A stretch of 63,205 bases of DNA, filler included, from Chiloscyllium plagiosum (lineage: Eukaryota): assembly GCF_004010195.1 (NCBI RefSeq). It is 3 parts of one record of this genome, joined end to end, with 100 filler letters (N's around TTAATTAATTAA, not from the genome) between each part and the next. Parts side by side here need not be neighbours in the genome. Positions count along the whole stretch, not along the records: positions 26,016 to 49,515 come from NC_057716.1; positions 49,616 to 63,205 come from NC_057716.1; 1 more part is not named here. One strand, 5' to 3'. A program made the position numbers and the translations under genes. The first letter of the stretch is position 1. Each line of letters begins with the position of its first letter. Positions 40,171 through 50,765 of the stretch are shown in pieces. The notes under the pieces are model-generated. The model did not search any database, had not been told where the DNA came from, and worked only from the letters and a program-made list of their open reading frames with translations.

Positions 40171-40529
40171 TTGTCAGTTTTTATGTAAGCCACTCAGTTC
40201 GAAAGATGCATCAAATAAGTGCTGTCTGCACCAGCAACATCCATATCCCATAAAACAGTGTCCTTCACCTTTAACAACATTCTATGTTCCAATGTTATCA
40301 CCTCTCAATCATCTAAAAGTCTCGTCTACTCAATCCCTTTCAGCAGAAGAGTCTCCTTCATTCCAGGAATAAGACTAATGAAATTTTGCATTAGTCAAAA
40401 TATATCCTTCCATAGCTGAGGAGACCAAAACTATATTCAGTACTCCAGATGTGGTCTCAACAAAACCCCATGCAATTGCAGTGAGAATTTACTGTTATAT
40501 TCAATCCCCTTTGTAATAAAGGCAAACAA

Positions 40530-40806
40530 GTGGGTGGCACGGTGGCATAGTGGTTAGCACTGCTGCCTCACAGCACCAGAGACCCAGGTTCAATTCTCGC
40601 CTCAGGCGACTGACTGTGTGGAGTTTGCACATTTGCCCCGTGGCTGCTTGGGTTTCCTCCCACAGTCCAAAAATGTGCAGGTTAGGTGAATTGGCCATGC
40701 TAAATGTGCATGTTAGGTGAAGGGGTAAATGTAAGGGGGTGGGTTGTGGATCGGTGTGGGCTTGTTGGGCCAAAGGGCCTGTTTCCATACTGTAAGTAAA
40801 CTAATC
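40530..40806 (+). mobile_element. HE1-type SINE (small internal deletions)
   Basis: A box ggtggcatagtggttagc, B box ggttcaattc, V-domain, tail gggcctgtttccatactgtaagtaaactaatc. Confidence 0.92.
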
Positions 40807-40826
40807 AATATTTGACCAAAGATTTG

Positions 40827-41135
40827 GTGGGCGGCACAGTGGTTAGCATTGCTGCCTCACAGCGCCAGAGACCCAGGTTCAATTCCTGACTCAGGCGACT
40901 GACTGTGTGGAGTTTGCACATTCTCCCCGTGTCTGCGTGGGTTTCCTCCGGGTGCTCCGGTTTCCTCCCACAGTCCAAAGATGTGCAGGTCAGGTGAATT
41001 GGCCATGCTAAATTGCCCCTAGTGTTAGGTACAAAGGGGTAAATGTAGGGGTATGGGTGGGTTGTGCTTCGGCAGGTCGGTGTGGACTTGTTGGGCCGAA
41101 GGGCCTGTTTCCACATGTAAAGTAATCTAATCTAA
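40827..41135 (+). mobile_element. HE1-type SINE, about 20 bp after the previous copy
   Basis: Full head, V-domain and tail ending (AATCT)n. Confidence 0.93.
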
Positions 41136-42741
41136 GTTTTTTCTCTCCTTGCATGTTAAATCATTTATTATTGTCTCTGAAGCCTCAGAAAGATTACTTG
41201 TTGCAATTCAGATGAGGAAAATAGGGATTCAAGTATAAATCATTATCTTTCTGGCATTCTTTATTAAAGTGAAATTTCAATGCATCTTTTTTATGATTTA
41301 ATTTTATACAAGTAATATTAGCACAGGTAGCACATGAGGAAGGGTGGTAAAATGATCCCCAATGAATCACTTATTGATGTAAGAGTGATATAACTGTGGA
41401 ACTTGCAACCACAAGGAATACTGAAACAAACAGCATGAGAAATATTTAAGGGGAAGCTAAAGATAGCTCACGAGAGATAAATGAATAGAAGGACATGTCA
41501 ACAGAGGTGAGTGACAGTGTAAAGACCATCACAGATCCGTTGCGTGGAATTACATGCTTTGGTGACATAGGCTGTTGGGTAATTCTGGAAAAATGTCATT
41601 TACATTCCTCCTGAAGAATTTGTCTTCTCCTAGTGCCCCATTCCGGAAGCACAAAGTAGCCATTGCACGTAATTATAAGTGAAACCAATTTTCCACAGAA
41701 CACTCATGGTGCTTCAAATACCTCTCCCAAGCTAAGTTCAGCTGCAGCAAAACAGACCAAAGATCAACTTTAATGCACCAAAAAGGTGCGTGACAATTTC
41801 TGAATCAAGCAGAACAACAAAAAAAGTATTTTTCCATTCAGAAGTCTCCTGAAAGAGATTTCCTAATAATACAACCAGTCAAAAGAAGAAGTCATTACAT
41901 TCAGCAAAGCTTTTCTCTTAAGATAAACACAAAAGAGTCCCTTAGGTCGGTTGAACATGCAAAGGCCTCTCATATTTGTCCACTGCATAGAAAGTCTGAC
42001 AATGCTGCCGAAGTCGACACAAAAGCAGTATTGTAAAACCTAAATGAATGATGGGCCAAAGCTCACAGGAATCAGGAGGCAGATTTTCTTTTCTAAAAAG
42101 AAAACTCAAGTTTCATTTCTTTCCAGCCACCCACAAGTCACAATAAAACATGAAAATTCAAACAAACCAAACTGGATGCCTTTAACCACCTGAGTGCCAG
42201 TGTATCACACTGAGACCAATTTGTATTCAAACCACAGCCAGAGGAGGGCAGGTGAGAAAGCTGGCAGCCTTGCACATCTGCTACAGGATATGCGGGAAAG
42301 CACTTAACCATGACTGGGGTGGGGGGGGCATTTGTTCAGAAGAATTAAGGACATCTGTTCTTAGTGTCAATGGATCGGTGTAAATTAGGTGGTAACATTT
42401 GTTCACTTGTGGAATGTGTGGCAGTACTTCCTCCTCACCCCGAGGGCTGGAAGCTGCATATATTTCACTGTTGGAGGTTGGAAATTCTGGTTTATTTGAA
42501 GACTCCTCACAAAACTCATACTCAATAGGAAAAGAACTTGTATTTTAATAAGCTGAGTGAAACATGCACGTAATAGGACAATCCTGATACATTTTCATGT
42601 ACACCACACTGAGCAGATTTAAATTTATGAAGCTCAGCTCCCTAATCTTAACCGTTCTGGAATGTGAATGCCTCATTACCCTTACAGGCTAGGGAAACAA
42701 AGGCTGAAACTGACACAGTAAGAATGTTGGAAGATGTTAAT

Positions 42742-42742
<1 letters not shown>

Positions 42743-42776
<34 letters not shown>

Positions 42777-42903
42777 AGTGAGAGAGAGAGAGAGAGAGAG
42801 GGAGTGAGAGAGCGAGCGTGAGAGAGAAAGAGAAAGAGAAAGGGAAAGAGAAAGAGAAAGAGAAAGAAAGAGAGAAAGAGAGAAAGAGAGAAAGAGAAAG
42901 AGA
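42743..42903 (+). repeat. Compound microsatellite (GT)n-(GA)n-(GAAAGA)-like
   Basis: Direct reading. Confidence 0.95.
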
Positions 42904-43119
42904 CAGGTAGGATGGGAGCTGGTGGAAAGTCATCTCGAATAGGTACTTTAACACAGGGAGGGCCTCCGAAGCTGTGTTTATGTTTGCAGAACAAATGATT
43001 GCAACAAAGAAAAGGCTTCAGTTTTAAAACCCAAATAATGCAGTTCTTGCTAACAAAAGTAAATGAAGTTTGATTCAATTACCTAAGGAGCAGTGGACTA
43101 TTTAATCCACTATTGTGAA

Positions 43120-45006
43120 GTAGAGACAGAAGAGATGACACTGAAAAGGGAAGTCAGGAGGGAAAAAAGGGGACATGAGATAGCTTTGGCAAATGGAGTT
43201 AAGGAGAATCCAAAGGGTTTTTATAAATATATTGAGGACAAAAGAGTAACTAGGGAGAGAATAGGGCCCCTCAAAGATCAGCAAGGCAGCCTATGCGTGG
43301 AGCCGCAGGAGATGGGGGAGATACTAAACGAGTATTTTCCTTTTTTACTGTGGAGAGGAAGATGGAAGATATAGAAAGTGGGGAAATAGATGGTGACATC
43401 TTGAAAAATGACCAAATTAAAGGGGTGGTGGTGCTGGATGTCTTGAAATGCATGAAAGTGGATAAATCCCCAGGACTTGATCAGGTGTACTCTAGAACTC
43501 TGTGGGAAGCTAGGGAAGTGATTGCTGGGCCTCTTACTGAGATATTTGTATCATCGATAGTCACAAGTGAGGTGCCAGAAGACTGAACGTTGGCTAACAT
43601 GGTGCCGCTATTTAAGAAAGATGGTAAGGACAAGCCAGGGAACTGTAGGCTAGTGAGCCCTGCGTTGGTGGTGGGCAAGTTGTTAGAGGTAATCCAGAAG
43701 GACAGGGTTTATATGTATTTGGAAAGGGAAGGACTAATTCGGGATAGTCACCATGGCTTTGTGCCTGGAAAGTCATGTCTCAAAAACTTGATTGAGTTTT
43801 TTGAAGAAGTAACAAAGTGGATTGATGAGGACAGAGCGGTGGATGTGATCTATGTGGACTTCAGTAAGGCGTTCGACAAGGTTCCTCAAGGGAGACCGAT
43901 TAGCAAGGTTAGGTCTCATGGAATACAGGGAGAACTAGCCATTTGGATACAGAACTGGCTCAAAGGTAGAAGCCAGAGGGTGGTGTTGGAGAGTTGCTTT
44001 TTCAGACTAGAGGCCTGTGACCAGTGGAGTGCCACAAGGATCGGTGCTGGGTCCACTGCTTTTCATCATTTATATAAATGGTTTGGATGTGGACATAGGA
44101 GGTATAATTAGTCAGTTTGCAGATGACACCAAAATTGGAGGTGTAGTGGACAGCGAAGAAGGTTGTTTCAGAGGACAACTGAGGATCTTGATCAGATGAG
44201 CCAATGGGCTGAGAAGTGGAGATAGAATTTAATTTAGATAAATGTGAGGTGCTGCATTTTGGGAAAGCAAATCAAAGCAGGCCTTATACACTTAACGGAA
44301 AGGTCCGAGAGAGTGTTGCTGAACAAAGAGATCTTGGAGTGTAGGTTCGTAGCTCCTTGAAAGTGGAGTCGCAGATAGATAGGATAGTGAAGAAGGTGTT
44401 TGGTATGCTTTTCTTTATTGGTCAGAGCATTGAGTACAGGAGTTGGGAGGTCATGTTGTGGCTACACAGCACAGTGGTTAGGCCACTTTTGGACTATTGC
44501 ATGCAATTCTGGTCTACTTTCTATCAGAAGGATGTTGTGAATCTTGAAAGGGTGTTGACAGGGTTGAAGGTTTGAGCTAAATTGAGAGGCTGAACAGGCT
44601 GGAGCTGTTTTCCACGGAGCATCAGAGGCTGAGGGGTGACCTTATAGAGTTAATAAAATCATGAGGGGCATGGATAGGTTAAATAGGTTTAATATTTCCT
44701 GTGGTAGGGGAGTCCAAGAGGGCATAAGTTTAGGGTGAGGGGAGAAAAGATTTAAAAGGGCCCTAAGTGGCAACTTTTTCACGCAGAAGGTGGTACATGA
44801 TTGGAATGAGCTGCCAGAGGAAGTGGTGGAGGCTGGTACAATTAGAGCTTTTAAAAGGCATCTGAATGGGTATATGAATAGGAAGAGTTTAAAGGGATAT
44901 GGACCAAGTGCTGCCAAATGGGACTAGATTAGGTTAGGATATCTGGTCCAACCCATCCATGCCGACTAAAGGGTCTGTTTCCATGCTGTACATCTCTATG
45001 ACTCTA
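43120..45006 (+). mobile_element. 5'-truncated CR1 LINE (RT plus 3' UTR)
   Basis: [41 protein letters not shown]. Tail ctctatgactcta. Confidence 0.95.
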
Positions 45007-45189
45007 AGTGAATCAAGTCGCAGAAATTTACCCTGCTGTTAATTAGTCCAAAAAGTAGGAAACGATTTAAAACCACAACAGGAAGTTCAGTGCAGATAAA
45101 GAATTCATGCAGGTGTATTGCAAATAAAAAAAGAAAAACAATAACAATCACCATTCAATTGTGACTTCCACAATCCCACATTTAATAGT

Positions 45190-46548
45190 GATAGAGTCAT
45201 AGTGTTGTACTGCATGGAAACAGACCCTTTGGTCCAACTTATCCATGTCAACCCAGATATCCTAAATTAACATATTCCCATTTGTCTGTGTTTGACCCAT
45301 ATCCCTCGAAAACCTTCCTATTCATATACCCATTCAGATATCTTTGAAATGTTGCAATTGTACCAGTCTCCACCACTTGCTCTGGCAGCTCATTCCATAC
45401 ATGCACTACCTCTGCATGAAAAAGTTGTCCCTCAGGTCCCTTTTAAATCTTTCTGTTCTCGCCTTGAACCTATGCCCTTTAGTTCTGGACTCCCCTACCC
45501 TGGGAGGAAGGCCTTGTCTATTTATCCTATTCATGTGCCCTATTACTAAGCCCGTTTCTGATCCATCCCGCCAAATTTCCTTCAATTCCATGTGCTTTAG
45601 CCTTCTCAAATCAGTCTCCCATGTGAGATCCTTTCAAAAAGCTTTGGTAAAATCCATATAAACCCTACATCAACTGAACTTTGCTCATCCACACACTTCT
45701 AACAAATCTGTTAGGCATGATCTCAGTCTGACAACGCCATGTTGACTATCCCAAATTAACCCATGCCTTTCTAAGTGGTTATTAATTTGCTCTTTCGGAA
45801 TTGTCTCCAATAGCTGCCTGACCACTAAACTGAAACTCATCAATCTGTAATTTTCTGATCGTCTCTACAACCTTTCTTAAAAGTGAACCACATTAGGTAT
45901 CCTCCAGTCCTCTGGCACCTTCCCCCATGGTTAGAGAGAAATTAAAAACTTGTGTCAGACACCCTAAAATTTCCTGCCCTACCTCCCACAGCAGCATGGG
46001 ATGTGATTCATCCAGGCCGGGCGATTTAGAATCATAGAGATATACAACACTGAAATAAACACTTCGGTCCAACTCTTCCAAGTCAATCAGATATCCGAAA
46101 TAAATCTACTCCCATTTGCCGGTATGTGGCCCATTTCCCTCCAAACCCTTCCTGTTCATATAGCCATCCAGATGCTTTTTAAATACTACAATTGTACCAG
46201 CCTCCACCACTTCCCCTGGCTCGTTCAATATATGCACTACCCTCTGCATGAAAAAGTTGCCCCTCAGATCCCAAATAAAATTTTTCCCTCTCACCTTAAA
46301 CCTATGCCATCCAGTTTTGGACTCCCCCCACTCCAAGGAAAGGATCTTGGCTATTCACCCAATCCCGTGCCCCTCATGATTTTGCAAACCTCTATAAGGT
46401 CACCCCTCAGCCTCCGACACTCCAGGGAAAACAGCCTCAGTTTGTTCAGCCTCTCCCTATAGCTCAAACCCTCCAACTCTGGCAACATTTTTGTAAATCT
46501 TTTCTGAAGCCTTTCAAGTTTCACAACATCTTTCCGGAAGCAGGGTGA
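45190..46548 (-). mobile_element. Two CR1 3' fragments (about 45190-45540 and 46028-46548) flanking an older RT fragment
   Basis: Antisense of the 44560-45006 family (KDVVKLERLQKRFTKMLP; FFMQRVV). KSPGLDE motif in the middle piece. Confidence 0.85.
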
Positions 46549-46849
46549 CAACAGAAATGTCCCAAGACAATTTACAGAATAAAATCAAAAATATCTGATG
46601 TTGACCCACAAAAGGAGACATTAAGGCAGGCTTGGTCAAAGATTATCCACAGTATCTTAAGGACAAGAGCAAAATAGGGAGGGAGAGAGGTGCAGGGAGG
46701 AAATTCCTGAGCCAATACATCTGAAAACATTTTCATTCAAATGGTGGAATGATAGACATCAGGGATCCACAAGAATTCAGAATTAGAGGGGGAAAGAGAA
46801 TCGTTTGACTGGACAAGTATTAGAGTGACTAAAATCAATCGCTTTGCAG

Positions 46850-47760
46850 AGAAATTTGCCGGTGACACAAAGGTTGGATGTGCCATTGATAGTATCGAGG
46901 GCTACTGCAGGCTGCATTGCTACATTGACAGGATGCAGAACTGGGCTGAGAAATGGCAGATGGAGTTCAACCTGGATAAATGCAAAGTGATGCATTTTGG
47001 AAGGTCAAACTCGAATGCTGAATACAGGATTAAAGACAGGATTCTTGGCAGTGGGGAGGAACAGAGGGATCTGGGTGTGCAAGTACATAGATCCCTCAAA
47101 GGTGCCACCCAAGTTGATAGGGTTATTAAGAAAGCATATGGTGTTTTGGCTTTCATTAACAGGGAGATCAAGTGTAAGAGCTGCAAGGTTTTGCTGCAGC
47201 TCTACAAAACCCTGGTGAGATCACACTTGGAATATTGTGTCCAGTTCTAGTCACCCTGTTATAGGAAAGATGAGGTGGCTTTGGAGAGGGTGCAAAGAAG
47301 GTTTACCAGGATGCTGCCTGGACTGGAGGGCTTGTCTTATGAAAAGAAGTTGACTAAGCTCAGACGCTCCTCTCTGGAGAGAAGGAGGATGAGAGGTGAC
47401 CTGATTGAGGTGTACAAGGTAATGAGAGGCATGGATAGAGTCAATAGCCAGAGATTTTTCCCTAGGGCAGGAATGATTGCTACGAGGGGTCATAGCTTTA
47501 AGGTGTTAGGAGGAAGTAGGTATACAGGAGGCGTCAGAGGTAGTTCTTTACGCAAAGCGTTATGAATGCATGGTATGCGTTGCTAGCGGTGGTGGTGGAA
47601 GCAGTCATTCAGGACATTTAAGCAACTGTTGGACATGCACATGGACAGCAGTGAATTGAGGGGAGTGCAAGTTAGGTTATTTTATTTTACATTAGGATTA
47701 ATCCTCAGCACAACATCATGGGCCAAAGGGCTGTTCTGTGCTGTACTTTTCTATGTTAAT
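46850..47760 (+). mobile_element. CR1 RT C-terminal fragment plus 3' UTR
   Basis: FAGDTKVG...WAEKWQMEFNLDKCKVMHFG...LEYCVQF. Confidence 0.93.
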
Positions 47761-47929
47761 TGGAATAAGTTACATTGGTGTGGTGACACATTCTTTGACT
47801 AGAAATTCAGAGGGCTCGATCACCAGTTTGAAACTCATTATGGCATTGAAAACGGTATCAAGTTGAAAAAAAAATGTAAAAATGAAAGTGACTAGTGGAG
47901 GTAAAACCAAAAACCTTTTTTTTAAAAAT

Positions 47930-48420
47930 TAGTTCTTCCGTGAGATGTGGGCATCACTGATACAGCCGGCATTTGTGGCCATCCTTAACTGCCCTTTGAT
48001 TGGCTTGCTAGGCCATTTCAGACAAGTTAAGAATCAACAACATTGCTGTGGGTCTGGAATCACATGTAGGCCAGAGCGGGAAAAGATGACAGACTTTCTT
48101 CCCTAAAAGGACACCCATGATCCAGGTAGGCTTTTTGAAAAGTAGACATTTTTGTCATGGTCACTATCATGGATGACCACCTGATGAAGAGCAGCGCTCT
48201 GAAAGCTGGTGATTCCAAACACACCTGTTGGATTATAATCTGGTGTTGTGTGATTTTTAACTTTGTTCACCATCACGGAGACTAGCTTTCATATTCTAGA
48301 TTTATCAACTGACTTCAAATTGCACGAGTTGCTGTGGTTGGATTTGTACTCATGGCTCCAGAACATTAGCTTGGGTTTCTGGGTTAGTGGTGCCGTAGAC
48401 TTGACATACATTACTGCATC
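47930..48420 (-). mobile_element. tRNA-derived SINE with L2-type tail, interrupted by a PLE mini-insertion
   Basis: The tail at about 47940-47990 resembles the L2 end at 33850-33900. Head-like segment near 48340-48420. Confidence 0.6.
48174..48266 (+). mobile_element. 93-bp solo PLE pLTR insertion (subfamily B)
   Basis: TSD tcactatcatgga / tcaccatcacgga (48161-48173 and 48267-48279). Motif cac-CTGATGA-A-GAGC.AGC.GCTCT-GAAA-GCTG-gtg. Confidence 0.85.
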
Positions 48421-49169
48421 TGTCTGTCTGCCACCCAACTAGTTCGTTCATATCCTTTCGAAGTAACCAGCCAAACGTGCCTGTAATCAACTCTTTGATT
48501 TCACACCAACATGACAGGATCTGAACTCTCAAGTTGCCCGATCGAGTCATTTTGTGCATTAAATGATTACGAGTAAGGACTGCGCCTGGCATTACTCAAT
48601 GCATGAGGGCAGAGGACAAATTTGACCCCAAAGGCCTCAAAACACCTGGGAAAATTCACTGATCAGAGAAAGTCACCATGTGTGTAGAATGGCCAAAACC
48701 GAAGTAGAGCTGCCCTTCCAGTCACAGGTTGGCTGTGCTTGTTGCTGCTTTAGTCCATCCACAGCAAATATGGGAGAAAAACCGTCTGTGACTAGAAGAC
48801 CAGCGAGCCAGGTAGGTACGAAAGACAGGAAAGTGAGTGAGTGAATCACTAGGAAGGATAGCTGCTCAGGGTCTCTCTGAATCTTACAAAGACTCTGGCC
48901 TGGCCTTCCAAGCGATCTGAAGCACGTCTTCAAACAGCAAGCCAACATCAAATAGGTATATCCAGTAGCACCCACATGACCTAACAAGTACAGTTTTTGT
49001 GATCAGCCTAAATCTGTAAATTGTCCAAGGCATTCCTGTTCCATTCATCTCCCTCCTCCTTCCTTCTGGACATGGCCCGGCTTTGACCTGCTTTGTTATC
49101 TTCTTTGGCAATTGTCTGATCAGACGTGTGTGAAGCATTTTGGGATGTTTGATGGCACTACGTCAATAA

Positions 49170-49515
49170 ACAATAGGTGCAGGAGTAGGCCATTCAGCCC
49201 TTCGAGCCTGCAGCGCCATTCAATATGATCATGGCTGATCATTCCTAATCAGTATCCTCTTCCTGCCTTATTTCCATAACCCTTGATTCCACTATCTTTG
49301 AGAGCTCTATCCAACTCTTTCTTAAATTAATCCAGAGACTGGGCCTCCACTGCCCTCTGGGGCAGAGCATTCCACACAGCCACCACTCTCTGGGTGAACA
49401 AGTTTCTCCTCATCTCTGTCCTAAATGGCCTACCCCGTATTTTTAAGCTGTGTCCTCAGGTTCGGTACTCACCCATCAGCGGAAACATGTTTCCTGCCTC
49501 CAGAATGTCCAATCC
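49170..49515 (-). mobile_element. LINE 3' end, cut by the scaffold gap
   Basis: Antisense 3' UTR (aggagtaggccattcagcccttcgagcctgc) and RT tail. Confidence 0.75.
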
Positions 49516-49615
49516 NNNNNNNNNNNNNNNNNNNNNNNNNNNNNNNNNNNNNNNNNNNNTTAATTAATTAANNNNNNNNNNNNNNNNNNNNNNNNNNNNN
49601 NNNNNNNNNNNNNNN
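49516..49615. other. Synthetic scaffold spacer (44 N + TTAATTAATTAA + 44 N)
   Basis: Identical construct to 25916-26015. Confidence 0.97.
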
Positions 49616-49806
49616 CCCCGAAGAGTGCTAGCAAACCTACCTCCCAGGATATTGGTGCCCTTCTGGTTCAGGTGCAACCCGTCCTGCTTGTACAGGTCCC
49701 ACCTTCCCCAGAATGCAGTTCAATTGTCCAAATACCTGAAGCCCTCCCTCCTACACCATCCTTGCAGCCAAGTGTTCAACTGCACTCTCTCCCTATTCCT
49801 TGCCTC
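49616..49806 (-). mobile_element. CR1 ORF1 esterase C-terminal fragment
   Basis: Antisense encodes ..LYKQDGLHLNQKGTNILGGRFA.., the DxxH catalytic block. Confidence 0.8.
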
Positions 49807-49927
49807 AATGTACCAACTATTATGTAGCATCAGTTATAAAGTGGAAAATATGAATGGATCAAGTCTCTTTGAACCTAATATGTGACCAGTCCTGGCTCAA
49901 TTAGAGTATCGGTAAGAAATTCCCTTG

Positions 49928-50119
49928 CTGAAAAATGTGTTGCTGGAAAAGCGCAAGCAGGTCAGGCAGCATCAAAGAAGCAGAAGAATCGACGTTTCGG
50001 GCATAAGCCCTTCTTCAGGAATCTCCTGCACCTTTGATGTTGCCTGACCTGCTGCGCTTTTCCAGCAACACATTTTTCAGCTCTGATCTCCAGCATCTGC
50101 AGTCCTCACTTTCTCCTAC
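49928..50119. mobile_element. Young PLE fold-back mini-element (subfamily A)
   Basis: Perfect 14-bp TSD aagaaattcccttg (49914-49927 and 50120-50133). Intact minus-strand motif CTGAAGA-A-GGGC.TTAT.GCCC-GAAA-CGTC at about 49986-50022. Confidence 0.92.
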
Positions 50120-50765
50120 AAGAAATTCCCTTGATCAATACTTCCTGGTCAAAATGCAATTAAATGTAATGTGAGGCAAAAAAAAATTAGGGATTCAAAA
50201 GCTGATCTGATTGTGTCAGTAAATTGCTTGGTTATCAGTCTAGCATTGTTCCTGGTAGTATTCTTACAGAATTTGCTTTTTTTTTGCTGCATGTGGGACT
50301 GAATTTTCCAACTGAAGTTATCCGTGAAAAAACAATTACCTGTTCTGTATAAATTCCAACAAGTGAAATGTTTCATGTTCAGTTCAGTTGTGGCATTGTT
50401 CAATGTCTCAATAGAATTAATATTGATTCATTTGTTAATTGCACTTATAACTTTAGAAATCAAAGAAAATTTAATTTTAAACACAAGCCTGGTTTTCCAG
50501 TCCATTAACTGATTGCAAAATACTAAAGGGGCAATTACGTACACTTGAGGTGCTTAATTATATACATCACAGTGGGAATCCAAGCATTGCCAGGACCATG
50601 CAGAATTGAAAGTCAGCAAAGTCTGCCAATGTGTGGACTCTTTTTTGTTTAACAGACCTTACCTGCGAAATCAATGTTAAAGAATAATCCCTTCTAAACA
50701 TTATGCATAACAGTTACTGCAGGGAAGAGTATAGAAAATTGGTGGAAGTGATAAAGGAATTAATT

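Noticed and set aside
40530..41135. tRNA genes suggested by A/B boxes (also at 34543, 51770, 14030 and 39050)
   Set aside because: These are tRNA-derived SINE heads continuing into SINE bodies; there is no complete cloverleaf.
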